Assembly: GCF_033153115.1 (NCBI RefSeq)
Contig: NW_026889757.1
Coordinates: 5,084,001-5,148,000, forward strand
Source of the DNA: Saccostrea echinata
Taxonomy: Eukaryota
Reading direction: 5' to 3'
DNA: 64,000 nucleotides
Both the position numbers and the translations under genes were made by a program. Position 1 is the stretch's first letter. Each line of letters starts with the position of its first letter. Positions 14,038 to 25,800 of the stretch are shown one piece after another. Under the pieces are notes generated by a model. It did not search any database, was not told the origin of the DNA, and saw only the letters and a list, made by a program, of their open reading frames with translations.

Positions 14038-17000
14038 ATGGTGTTCTTCAAGAGGAAATCCCAGATCCAACCTTCGTCAAAGACGAATCTATCCCTGAGT
14101 AGCTCAATGGGTTCAATGACACAGTCTCAACTCAACACAATAATCAGCGACATGCTGAGTCTGCCTCAAGCTGGAAACAGTTGCGAGGTCATGTGCAGAG
14201 GTATGTCGGTAAAGTCGTGTTTAAAAATTCAAAAGGTCCGGCAGAAATTTATTCAGAAAGGAATATATGACCTTCAACCATCGTAAAGAAAATTTTGGGA
14301 TTCGCGTCTTTAAAAATCAATGCGTATAAAAATAGATTTACAGGTCAATTTTTACGTTTGTCAATATTCTGTTTATCATAAAAATGTAATGAGTTACAAG
14401 TAATATTCTTTTTTATTCTTGGCAAATATTAATTTTACATTTCTTCCATGATTTCGACAGGTAATGAATGGATTTTTGCTTTGATGAAGTTGCCGGTGCA
14501 TTTATATTTGCTGAATTAGATCAAAATTATCAGTGATTCCGTACATTTTATCAAACTCAAATTAAAAAAAGTAGCAGAAGAGTAATTATCTTTCAATAAT
14601 TTTTTTGATAGTTGATAGAAATGTTTATACTTTGATCCACAGACAACCCAATCACGAATGCCGGGAAGCGGAAGCAGTTATTAAAGATGCTGATTATTGT
14701 CCTTCTGCCAATGGGAATCCTGGTGGGCATGATGGGAAATGTTTTCATTTCAGTTGTCAAGAACTACTACGAGGCTACCGGCATACGGACGTCTCTCTTC
14801 TTTTCGTAAGGCTGCCTGAAATTTAATATTTTACAATAAAAAGGATTTCAATTGCTTATAATTAGACATTAAAAAGCTAGGTTCACTTTATACATATAAG
14901 GCTCTGAAGATATAACAATTATTGACCAACAACCTATGGCCCATTTCAAACAAAATATAAAGTTAAGACTTTGTACTTTCATTTTCTATAATTTTTTTCC
15001 TGAGAGTCCAGTTATTGGAAAACATGCTTCGTTAAATTGCAATGATTTTAAATTTTGCAGAAAAAAGATGTATTTTAGAACATGTATCTTCAGAAAAGAA
15101 TTAAAATATGAGCAGACCCCTCGATCAAAAATAGAGAAAAAGTTTAATAATCTTCAGAAGCAATTCTGTCATTATATAATTGCATATTTTTACTAAGGGG
15201 TTTATTATTGTAAAGCAGTTTAAACTTTTGGCCATTTTTGAAGGAATATTTAGGATATTTAAATAAAGACACAATTCATGACGTCATAATGCATTGACTA
15301 GTGCGAAGACTTTGCAGTCACCAAGGGTCCAAGTGCGTCGTCAACTAAAAAAGCAGTTTTTAATTTTTAGAAACTCACAGGGCCAGAAAGGCCCTAAGTG
15401 AAGCTTTCTCTTTCGACGGATTTTTCCGTTATTTCCCGATCATGACAAGGAGCACACGGCAGGGGATGCTCACTCCTCCATGGCACCTGATCCCACCTCT
15501 AATGTTTTGGAGGTCCGTGTTATCCCATATATTTCTTTAAAAGATTTATTAATAATGAAAGTTCCTTATTATTAATTTTCTATTAGAAATGCCGAAATTA
15601 GAAAACACCGGTTGCTCTCCTTTTCGTTAAAGCATCAAGATTTAGACGAAAATATTATGGTCTTGTGGCGTATACGTATTAAGTTGACTGTGTTTCCTTA
15701 CCATGCGTGGATCTAGAGAGAGGTCGAGGAATATAAATTTTATTACGAAAATTAATAATGTTGATTTCAGTTTGCATGCATAAATTGTATTTTTTTTTAA
15801 TCAAAAAAGCTTGCAGAAAAGGGCTATGTTAGTAAACTATTTTAAAATCATGCTTATTTTCAAATAAATCAACTATGAGTATGATATATTTGGTTCATAG
15901 CTTTAAATAGGGTAGAAATCAGATTGAAAAACTAAAAGACAACGTAATTGTTTTAAAGACCTTGCTGCCAAAACATGATTGATTGAGAATTTATGTTTTA
16001 TTTATTACTTAAATTATTATGTTAATAAACAGTAAGCCATTGATAATATGTTGATACCCCCCACCCCCCTTTACAAACGACCTTTACAACTTCCTTTTTC
16101 ATCCCTTGGGATGAGCGTTCTTAGAAATACAGGTAACACACAGTGATCTCAATAAATTAAATACCAATATCTATTGTGTTTCAGTGTGGAACTCGGTCAA
16201 ATGATGCGCTATCTGCAGCGGGAACGTGACATGAGCGCCCTCTATGTTGGAGCCATTGGTAAGGACACGAAGGATTACTTGTTGCGGAGGTATCCGGACA
16301 CAGACGCAGCACTGGCTAATATGTCTCAATGGCCGGTCAGACTTGCCAATATACGAACAGAATTTCAATCCAAAGACAAGTTCTTGGTCTACCTCAATCG
16401 GCATCGATACCAGCTAGATCAACAAAACCGAACTTCAAAGCAGGAAATGGAGTTTTATACAAGTGTGATAGAGATTTTTATGTCATGGCTGTATGAGATT
16501 GTGTCGGAATCCCGAACCGGAGCAGTATGGAAGACGCTGGTGGCATATCAAGAGATCATCGTTGCTAGTGAATACATCGGACGTGAGAGAGGTATGGGTA
16601 TCACTTACTTTGCTAGAGGGGGATTTGAAACCAAAGAAGATTATCTTCTTTTTCTAGAGGCTCAAATAAATTCAAATATTACCTTCCAATCCTGCAAACG
16701 CTACTCAGAATTGGCATATCAGATATATGAGGACCAACTCAAGACTAAAGCTACATTGTTGGCCCCTATCACTAACATGAGGCTTATGATAAGGTCTAAC
16801 AAGAGTGCCAAGAGAAACCCCTCCCTGGAGACTGCAAACTATTGGTTTGAAAACATGACTTATTATCAGGAGACGGTCAGAGAAACTCAGAAAAAACTGG
16901 CGGAGAAAATTGATTCTCAACTGTCACTTCGAGAGGAAGAGGATCTGGAGGTCATCATTTCAATCAGTTGCATCTTTGGCGTTGTCATGGTTATCTGTCC

Positions 17001-19250
17001 TTTGGTTATCCTAGGAGTATTTAAACTAACTGTGCAGATTCAAAGCTACTCACTTTCAATTGCAAATAGGTACAAATTTATTTTCTGTTATTTAACGATA
17101 TGAGCATATCAGTAGAAAAAATGATGACTTAATCAGTGGCTTTTATGCATTACAGAACGAAAGCATTGAATAAGGAGAAGAAGAGAACGGACACGCTGCT
17201 TTATCAAATGTTACCAAAGTCTGTGGCAGAACGTCTAAAGAATAATGAAATAATAGAGGCTGAACACTATTCCGAAGCCACAATCTTTTTTAGCGACATA
17301 GTTGGTTTCACCAAAATAGCTGCATCTAGCTCCCCGTACCAGGTTCTCTCTCTCTCTTTCTCTCTCTCTCCAGATATAGTATAATATTTACTAACATAAA
17401 TCATTTACAATTGTAAAGGTTGTGGACATGCTGAATAGCCTGTACATGTGTTTTGACCAAAGGATTGAGCTCTATGACGTATACAAGGTGGAAACAATAG
17501 GTGACGCCTACATGGTGGTATCCGGTAAGATTTATTCGTCACAGAAATTTTTATTTTGCTTTGTATTAATATTTCTATCAATAAACTAATAAACACATTA
17601 AAAATATATCGTTCATCGGTTCAAACTAATATAAATGTTTCATAATAACATATAAATAAGCAAAAATAATTAGGCGTGCCTCGAAAAAACGGTCAGCGCC
17701 ATGCTGCAGAGATTGGAATAATGGCTCTTGATTTGGTACGAACTGTGAAAGACCTTGAAATACCCCATGTACCTGGCATGACATTCAGCTTAAGAACCGG
17801 TTGTCATACAGGTAATATGATGACATTAAGTGATTATTTTATGACATTAAGCGATTACTTTAAGTTTATGCAGATTTGAATTCTTTCTTGACTTTTTCTC
17901 ATGTTACAAAGATGAAAAAGATGAAATCCTGAAGATTACAAACAGTGATAGATCTCAAAATTTGTTTTCTAATTCGATTTCTATCATTAATTTCTTATCC
18001 TTTGTAACTTGCTTTAAATATCTTTCTACGAAAGATGAACAAATAAAGCATGAACAAAAATATATTTACAGTCTATTAAAATCATTTTGGATAAAGTTTC
18101 TTAATATACATGTATATCATCTTTGCATACTACAATTAGGTCCTGTCGTTGCCGGTGTAGTGGGGACAAAAATGCCGAGATATTGTTTGTTCGGCGATAC
18201 CGTCAACACAGCATCTAAGATGGAATCTTTGGGAATGGGTACTTTATTTTATTCATGGTACCTTAGATTAGCTAAGTAACTTAAAGCGTATTTAATTTCA
18301 CGCAAGATTTTTAAATAAAAAAAACTTCAATATGACTGTTTGTCAAATCTTTCATATTTTGTACTTCGACGAATTACTAGATACTGTGTGTCAAGAATCG
18401 AGTATTATGTATTTACATATATGGTGGCAATTTCTGTCCCCTACATGCAAGATAAATTATGTTAACATGCAAGAAAAGTATGTCAACATGCAAGATAATT
18501 ATGTCAACATACAACATAGTAATGTTGACATGCAAGTTACCAATCTTTTTTTGAGAATCTTATTTTATTGTTGGTAAAATTACTTAATAACACCAGTATA
18601 CGACATCATAAAAGCAAGCTGAAAAAGAATTATGTTGACATGCGACTTATTTACATTTACATGCAAGATAATTATGTCAACATGCAAGATATTTGAGTCA
18701 ACATGCGACTTATTTGTAAACATGCAACATAATTATGTAGACATGCAACATAATTATGTAGACATGCGACTTATTTATGTCAACATGCAAGATATTTATG
18801 TTAATATGCGACTTATTTATGTTAACATGCGACTTATTTATGTCAACATGCAACTTATTTATGTCATCATGCGATTTATTTATGTCAACATGCGAGTTAT
18901 ATTTTAACATGCAAGGTATTTATGTCAACATGCAAGATAATAAGTTGCATGTTGACATGCATATCTCACATGTTGACATACTTGTTAACATAATTATCTT
19001 ACATATTGACATAAATCAGTTGCATGTCTACATAATTATCTAGCATGTTAACATAAATAAGTTGCATGTCAACATTTTTCCTGTTGTGTCTTGCTTGAAT
19101 GATGTCATATAATGGCGTTAATAAGTAAGTTTACCAATATTAAAATTAGATTCGCTAAAGAAATTCGTAACTTGCATGTGAACATAATTATTTTGCATGT
19201 TGACATAAATAAGTCGCATGTCTACATAATTATGTTGCATGTGAACATAA

Positions 19251-19289
<39 letters not shown>

Positions 19290-19875
19290 ACATATATCAA
19301 AACGCTGACTGTTAATATTCTTTTTTTTTTCCTTTTTTTTTAAGAAATTTGTACGTCATACATATAAATTGTTATTTTAGATATATCATTAGATAAGTTA
19401 TGGGAAAAAAAACTTCTGCAACTTGAGGATATGCTTTATTATTTAGCAAACAAAGTACATATCAGCCAGACAACCCGTGATATCCTCTTCACTATCGATG
19501 GATTCATGATTGAAGAGCGCTTTGATGAAGTTGTTCAGGTGAGAGAGAGAGAGAGAGAGGTGTAAAAGTCATCTCTATCTTAAAGTGTTTTGGTAATATT
19601 TATAAAAAATAAATTTCATGTCTTTTTTTCAGGGAGACGTCGATTTGAACAATACCTTTAGAGAATGTGTTCAAACCTACTGGCTCCTTGGCTGCAAAGA
19701 GATCCCACCAGAACTCGACAATTCAGATGAGTGAGTAACTGTGACATCTTATTTTTTATTTCACGTATGTCAATCAGTGTTAGATGTTTTTGAAGTTCAC
19801 TAAGATATACTTATTATGAATAATTTTGATTCCCTTATCGATCTTTGTACTTGCAGCCAAACTATGGAATTCTAA
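14038..19875 (+). CDS. NIT-domain transmembrane guanylyl cyclase, paralogue 1 (~649 aa); exons 14038-14200, 14643-14805, 16185-17069, 17156-17342, 17419-17524, 17674-17811, 18140-18238, 19447-19538, 19633-19730, 19857-19875 (or stop at 19734 if the last intron is unspliced)
   Basis: Phase-consistent GT-AG junctions; TM1, NIT motifs LQRERDMS and GRERG, TM2, [14 protein letters not shown] coiled coil, [37 protein letters not shown]; exon 1-8 sizes identical to the paralogues. Confidence 0.9.
18420..19288. mobile_element. Foldback-like MITE with internal 21-bp repeats in NIT-GC1 intron 7
   Basis: TIR TATGGTGGCA.TTTCTG.CCCCTACATGCAAGATAAATTATGTT and its reverse complement ending at 19288; TACATA on both flanks; GTCAACATGCGACTTATTTAT units. 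Confidence 0.8.
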
Positions 19876-20747
19876 AAGATAATCGAATGGCCAGACCAAT
19901 GATGTGTGACCAGGAACTACTATTTTAGAAGTAAACAATAGAGGGTGAAATTTCATGTAGTACTAAGTTTAGAGATACTCGACTTTCATAGCGATTGCAA
20001 TTATTTTTATTTAGCAGACTTCCATATCTGTGCGAATATTACTTGTAAGAGTAAGAAAAGTATTCATAATCCTATAAGATATGATTTTTATGTAGAAATT
20101 GCATGTTTTTCTCAATAGACCTTTTGAAAATACGAGTATAACTGAAGAAATCGCTTGCTGTTCTTTGACATTTGAATTGTTATAAAAAAAAAAATTACTG
20201 TCAATAAATTCAACAATATATGGAGATTCGTCACTCTGATTTTTATTTCCTTACTACATGTACTATGCTTTAAAAATCTATTAGTAGATTTGTGATCTTG
20301 ACTTTTCGACCTTGACCTTGACCATTCGATAAATTCAATTCTACATCATCTTAACATCAAGCTTTAAAATTTTCAGGTTGCTTGAGTTATCATATTTTGA
20401 CGTTGCTCTTACATACAATGCATGCATTATAAATGTCATGAATCAAACAATGTGTGTTGCATTAACATATAAGAACTTTTGTTTTAAAGCCATTATAGCT
20501 CTTTCTTTGTTAACGTGTAACTTTCATGTATCCTATGTAGATTGCATTGCATAATACACGTATATATTTACATTTCCAATGTCTTTGTCCGAGATAAAAT
20601 TATAAATTGTAAAAATACTTTATTTCTACATAAATCTACTGGTTCATCAATAGGCGCGGTTAAAAAAATCACGTGCGGGGCGGGACAAATAGAGACAGAA
20701 GCGGGGCTATTAGCACGGGAATTTGCAGAATCAGGAGCATGTAAATA

Positions 20748-20908
20748 TAAGGAATAACTGTCAGATTTTTTGGATTCATGACGATGATCAATCGATTGGC
20801 TTGCGTGATAATTTTATGCATAAACGCCGAAGGCGTTTATGCAAATTATCACGCAAGCCACTCGATTGATCACATCATGAATCCCAAAAATTAGACAGTT
20901 ATTCCTTA
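20748..20908. mobile_element. ~160-bp near-perfect palindromic element
   Basis: TAAGGAATAACTGTC...CGCC-GAA-GGCG...GACAGTTATTCCTTA. Confidence 0.7.
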
Positions 20909-22302
20909 AGTATTTCTCCCTGGCTACTATTAATACTTTTTACATTTCACTTTATTTCTCATAGATTTATTGAATGAATATTTGTAAGATCATGTATTTT
21001 TGTGGTATGTATTGTTGGTATGTTTATTTGAATGAAATTTTTTAATCATATAATTTCCTAACAAATTTAGCTTTTTATGATTATGTATCTTCCAGATAAA
21101 TTTAATGAATGTAACACCCCCTTTTTCATTAATCCCACAATATCGTGTATTTTTGCATTCATAATAAAATAAAATGAAATCAACAATGCTTTAATATTTG
21201 TAACATACATCACAACTTAAAGGTGCTTATTTTATGGCGTAAATATGTAGTATCGGTACTCCTTTTAATATACTATATATGGAAATTTAAAAGTTGATAC
21301 ATTTGCAAATAGTTTGCTTAAATGAACTTATTGAAGAGAAAAATAATATATTTAATTCTGTATGAACTTATTAGGGGGTCCAAGGTCATAGCATACCAAA
21401 GCACACGGCGAGATGATATTCTGTCGGTGAAACTGGTTTCGGAACTTCTAACTTGACAGCGATGACGAAGGTAAAATAATTGCAGCCCGGAGGACCGGGC
21501 TGCTCTATACATATAAGTTTAAGTGTTGGTATATGGGGATTGAGGTGGGAGAAGTTATTCAGAATTAATGGTTTTCTAAACATTAAAAAGATTGTTAATC
21601 AGAATGTTCTTTCCCTTTATAAATTACGAGATACACAATATATTTACTTCCATAAAGTGAATCTGTAAAAATATATATGTTTTTCATATTTAATATATAA
21701 AGTTGCTTATCATTTACTATCGAAAAAACGACAGGTCCCTTTTTTTAGAACATCGAATTTTACTTATCGCATAAAAACGTAAAAAGTACTTTACACAGTT
21801 CGTGTTTTATATTCTTTAAGTGAAAGACATTTTTGAAAATAGGTGATGCATGTGTCTGGTTTCAAATTATATTTTATGCAGCCACCATTTACTTGAGGAA
21901 TTGATAAAGTTTAAAAAGGGTATCGTTTTTGTTCGATTTTCATCCGACTATAAGTTTTCAAAATATTCTCGACTATCGTCTCCATCATTTAGACGCATGC
22001 CTTTTTCACACATATCGAAGCGGTTTGATGATCAAGACTCATTTCCATTGTTTACTTTATTTATTTCCCGGGCGACAATTGATGGTTACATCAATGTTTT
22101 CTTGTTGAAAAATGTGGTTATTTTTTTTTTCAATCAACAGATGTCCGTTAGATCTTCCTTCGTGTGATGAAAGGGTTTGAATAATAAACTAGAACTGTCC
22201 AAAAGGGACAAATACCCCCCGCTGGGTTTTTCAGAGAAGGTACCAAATCACTAATGTTTTCTAGATGTGAGAGGTGTTCACAATTTGCTTAAACATTTAG
22301 AG

Positions 22303-22637
22303 CACAGGAGTTCGCATACCTGTCAATTTTACCGAAATTTTTTGCAAATAAAAAAAATACGTAATACCTATAATAATAACACAAGGAGTGCAACGCATTT
22401 CAGGTCACCGGGGAACCCCTCTCTTAGTATCGAGGCTGCCGCGCAATCAATTTTCAATCGAAAATAATAAAACACTAACCAATCTTTTCGGAAGGAACCA
22501 TTCTTTATGTCTGTTAATGCATGTGACTTCAAACGCCTGATTAACAGCAGCAGCAGTGACGTTTCTCCACGACTTCGCTCAAACATTCGTTGTCCGCGAC
22601 GCCATTACGTGACGTATGACTATCACAGGTTCGTAGT
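22303..22637 (+). repeat. Left terminal inverted repeat (335 bp)
   Basis: Reverse complement of 32368-32702; same length and an identical 72-aa translation in both copies. Confidence 0.96.
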
Positions 22638-22852
22638 AAATGGATGTACTTGTCAAAGATAATAAAATATTTCTATTTAGAACAAGTTTTGTTTATTTGG
22701 TTACTATATTAAATTACAAATATATATATATAGGGTTTATTGTTAAGAAATATTTTTATGTTGAGGAAACTTTAAAACCCAGGGGAAACAACTCTACCCA
22801 AAATGTCAACAGTTGAATTTGGCTCGAAATTCAAATCTTATTAAAGATAAAT

Positions 22853-25800
22853 ATGTCAACTCATTTAGACATTCTTGCTTGGTAAGTTGGGCTTTTAGAA
22901 CTAACATTTATAGCATAGAAGTTGCAATTAGATTAGTCCTAAAAATAATTTACATATTATCTTATGTACTGATACCATGTGCATTGAATATATTTTAAAA
23001 TAAAAGATTAAAACACAAGTCAATGAAAAAAATTGAAAATTACAAAATCAAAAATATTTTACTATATAAAAATATTTATGTTTACCTTTTCAAACATATC
23101 TGAATATAAGATGATGTGCAGAAGAAGTGCAGGTCCCCCCCCCCCTTTTTATTTGAAAATTATGTTAAAATAATGATGAGTAATTCTAACTGTTGAAAGT
23201 ACTGGTATCAATAAATAAAAATCACATGCTAGCATACTTTGAATTGAAAGAGAATAATGATGAAAATCAATACTAAGTAAAACTTCCTGAGGCAGGACTT
23301 CATGAATTTATCTCTACTCACTCTGGACCATAAGATTAGCCCACATATCATACATATTTAACATCCACTGAGCCTGCCTCATGCAAAGCAAATGTTCATA
23401 TGTGAAATTTAATATAATTGCAGTCTTGTAAATGAAAATATAGAGCATCAAAAGTCTGTGTTTTAAATAAAGCCCACTCTTGCTATTTATTTCACATAGA
23501 ATCTCTCACATATTCACAAAAACATGAGAACCGAATAAAAGACACCAAAATTTAGGTTAATTTTGTTTATTTCAATGATATAATGCAGCAAACATTACAT
23601 GTCAGCAGAACCTCAGAGAGTTAATGACAAGTTCCCAAAAGTGGTATGCAAGAAGGTTAAAGCAGAACCTGGGCCAAATTCTAAAAGCACAAGGAATTTC
23701 AATAACTAGTTCCATGATGAGAAGGATTAAGTATGAATACATTATAAAAACCATGCTTAGAAATTTGAATGTTATTTGCATTAGGGAATGAGAGTTAAAT
23801 TTTGCATTACAATATTTCTTTGATAAATGTGTGTGATGCACTGGTTTGTTTGATATTTCTAGTATGATTGTAAATGATGTACATTATAATCCTGTTACAT
23901 TTGCTAATCATAATCCATTTACACTGATATATATTTGTCATTGTGATTCCTTACAATATATAACTAATTTGGCCCAGGTTCTGCTTCAACCCTCTTGCGT
24001 TTCTTCGTAATCTGTCCAGATTTTCTCTCCGATAGAGCAGTTACTTTGGATCTGAGAGCCATTTTCTTTTTTCTGGGAACTTGTCGTTTGAACTCTTTAA
24101 GAGAGTCAACAAGACTTAATTTTATGAAATGTTCACTTATGTCTTGGAAGAGCTCTATGATGAGTTGTAAAACTATTTCATCCTCTATATCACTATCTGT
24201 GGGTATCTTACAAATACTTATCCACTCCTGTATCAATGAATAATTTTCATCAATCTTATTTCTCAGAAACTGATGAATGTTTTCTGTGTGAAAATTAATG
24301 TGTTCAATAGTTAGAGATGACTGTATTGCTCTATGAAGACTGATAAAAAATTTAAAGACTGGTTCACTAACTATAGTAAGCCCTCTACTTTCACCTTGTT
24401 TGGCTTTAATTTCCAACACAGTTTGGTCATTAGTATTAACATCCTCTTCCTTGATCCTCAGTTTCTGAAGAATTGCCTGTTTCTTGTAATCCAGGTTACA
24501 AAGCGCTTTCATCTTTCGACTTGTGCTTCCCAGTCTATGTAGTACGGAGTCTTGAAGCCGTCTTCTGATTTTATAAACACATCTTCCAGCAAGATACCTC
24601 ACCTTGTTCTTTGCTGCACAACTTATATCACCTTGTGTCTGTTCACCTTGTACATGTTGTAGGTTCAAAGAATCTTCTTGCTCTTCTAAAATGGCACTTG
24701 CTTTAGAAGCAAGGATTTGATCTATTATCCACAAAGTTAACTTTGAACTGAACTTGTTTTGTTCTTTTGTTACCTGTTGAACATTGAAAGTTAGTTTAGC
24801 ATAATTGATATGTTCATCACTTAACAGGAAACTGTTTATACTGTGATAAAATGCTGTAAATTCTGGGGGATTTCTCAGTCTAGATGACATATAATTTTCC
24901 ACCTTGTGCTGCAAGAAACAGGCATGTTTTCTAATAGTTTGGGAACAAAGGAATTCCAACGAAAATGATTTCAGAAATTGAGCTGATTTATTTTCATCTA
25001 AGAAGTCATTTATGTTGTATTTAAAGTCATCAGGAATGTGCTGAAATTCTTGACTATTTTCTTCCTCCTGATGAAAGTCCTCTTTGTACAATTTCTGTTC
25101 CTCGGTTTGTTGTGCAGTTTCTGATGGTATTTCGCAAAGTGCACTTGACGAACTATTACAGCACTCCAGATCATCCTCAGGAACAAGAAATGTCTCATTA
25201 TAAAAGTCAAACACTTTCTGAGGATGTTTCAGAAAAGCAGCATCCTGATTGAAATTCCTAATCCTCAGTCCGTCAATAGTTGTTGCCCTTCCAAGGGCAA
25301 CCCCTAGCTGCCCAGCACAGAAAAAAGAGTAACAATCTACTTCCACAAATTCCAGGGTTTGTCCCTGGGCCCTATGTACAGTCAGAGCAAATGCAAGACT
25401 AAGTGGATATTGTTTTCTACAAGCTAGAGTGACATTTCTATCAGGGTCAAAAATATCAAAGTTAGCTTGTTTCATAGTCACCAATTTTCCTGAAAAGTTT
25501 ACTACAGGAGGTTTGTCCTTTTCCAAGGAGTGGATAGTCCCTCTCATACCATTGTAAAGGCCAGAAGCAAGGTTTTTTAAAAGAATTACAGGTGCATCCT
25601 TCTTCAGTAACAGGTGCTTCTGCACTGGACTTTTCCTCAAGAGCTGAATATTTCCTACGATGATATACATTTATAAATATAAAGTCATAACAGATTTAAA
25701 TACTTTCAAAATTTGCCTAAGTCACAATCTCCTGCTACCTGCTAAGAAGGACTTGAATCTCACCTGCCCCTAAGATTTACATTAGGTAAAATATTTGTAT

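Noticed and set aside
18332-19315. Repetitive ORFs (YVNMQ/STCDLF) and ORF 56502-56888
   Set aside because: Translations of tandem repeats inside MITEs
21318-22167. Exon-like, more GC-balanced segments on the minus strand (21386-21520, 21870-22165)
   Set aside because: Multiple stops and no recognisable family; may be pseudogene debris but cannot be supported without a search
22368-22586. Identical 72-aa ORF at 22368-22586 (-) and 32419-32637 (+)
   Set aside because: Lies wholly within the TIRs and points outward; identity simply reflects the inverted repeat; no recognisable motif
23880-23963. Possible PHD-like exon after the helicase stop
   Set aside because: Scattered Cys codons interrupted by stops; no consistent frame or splice site
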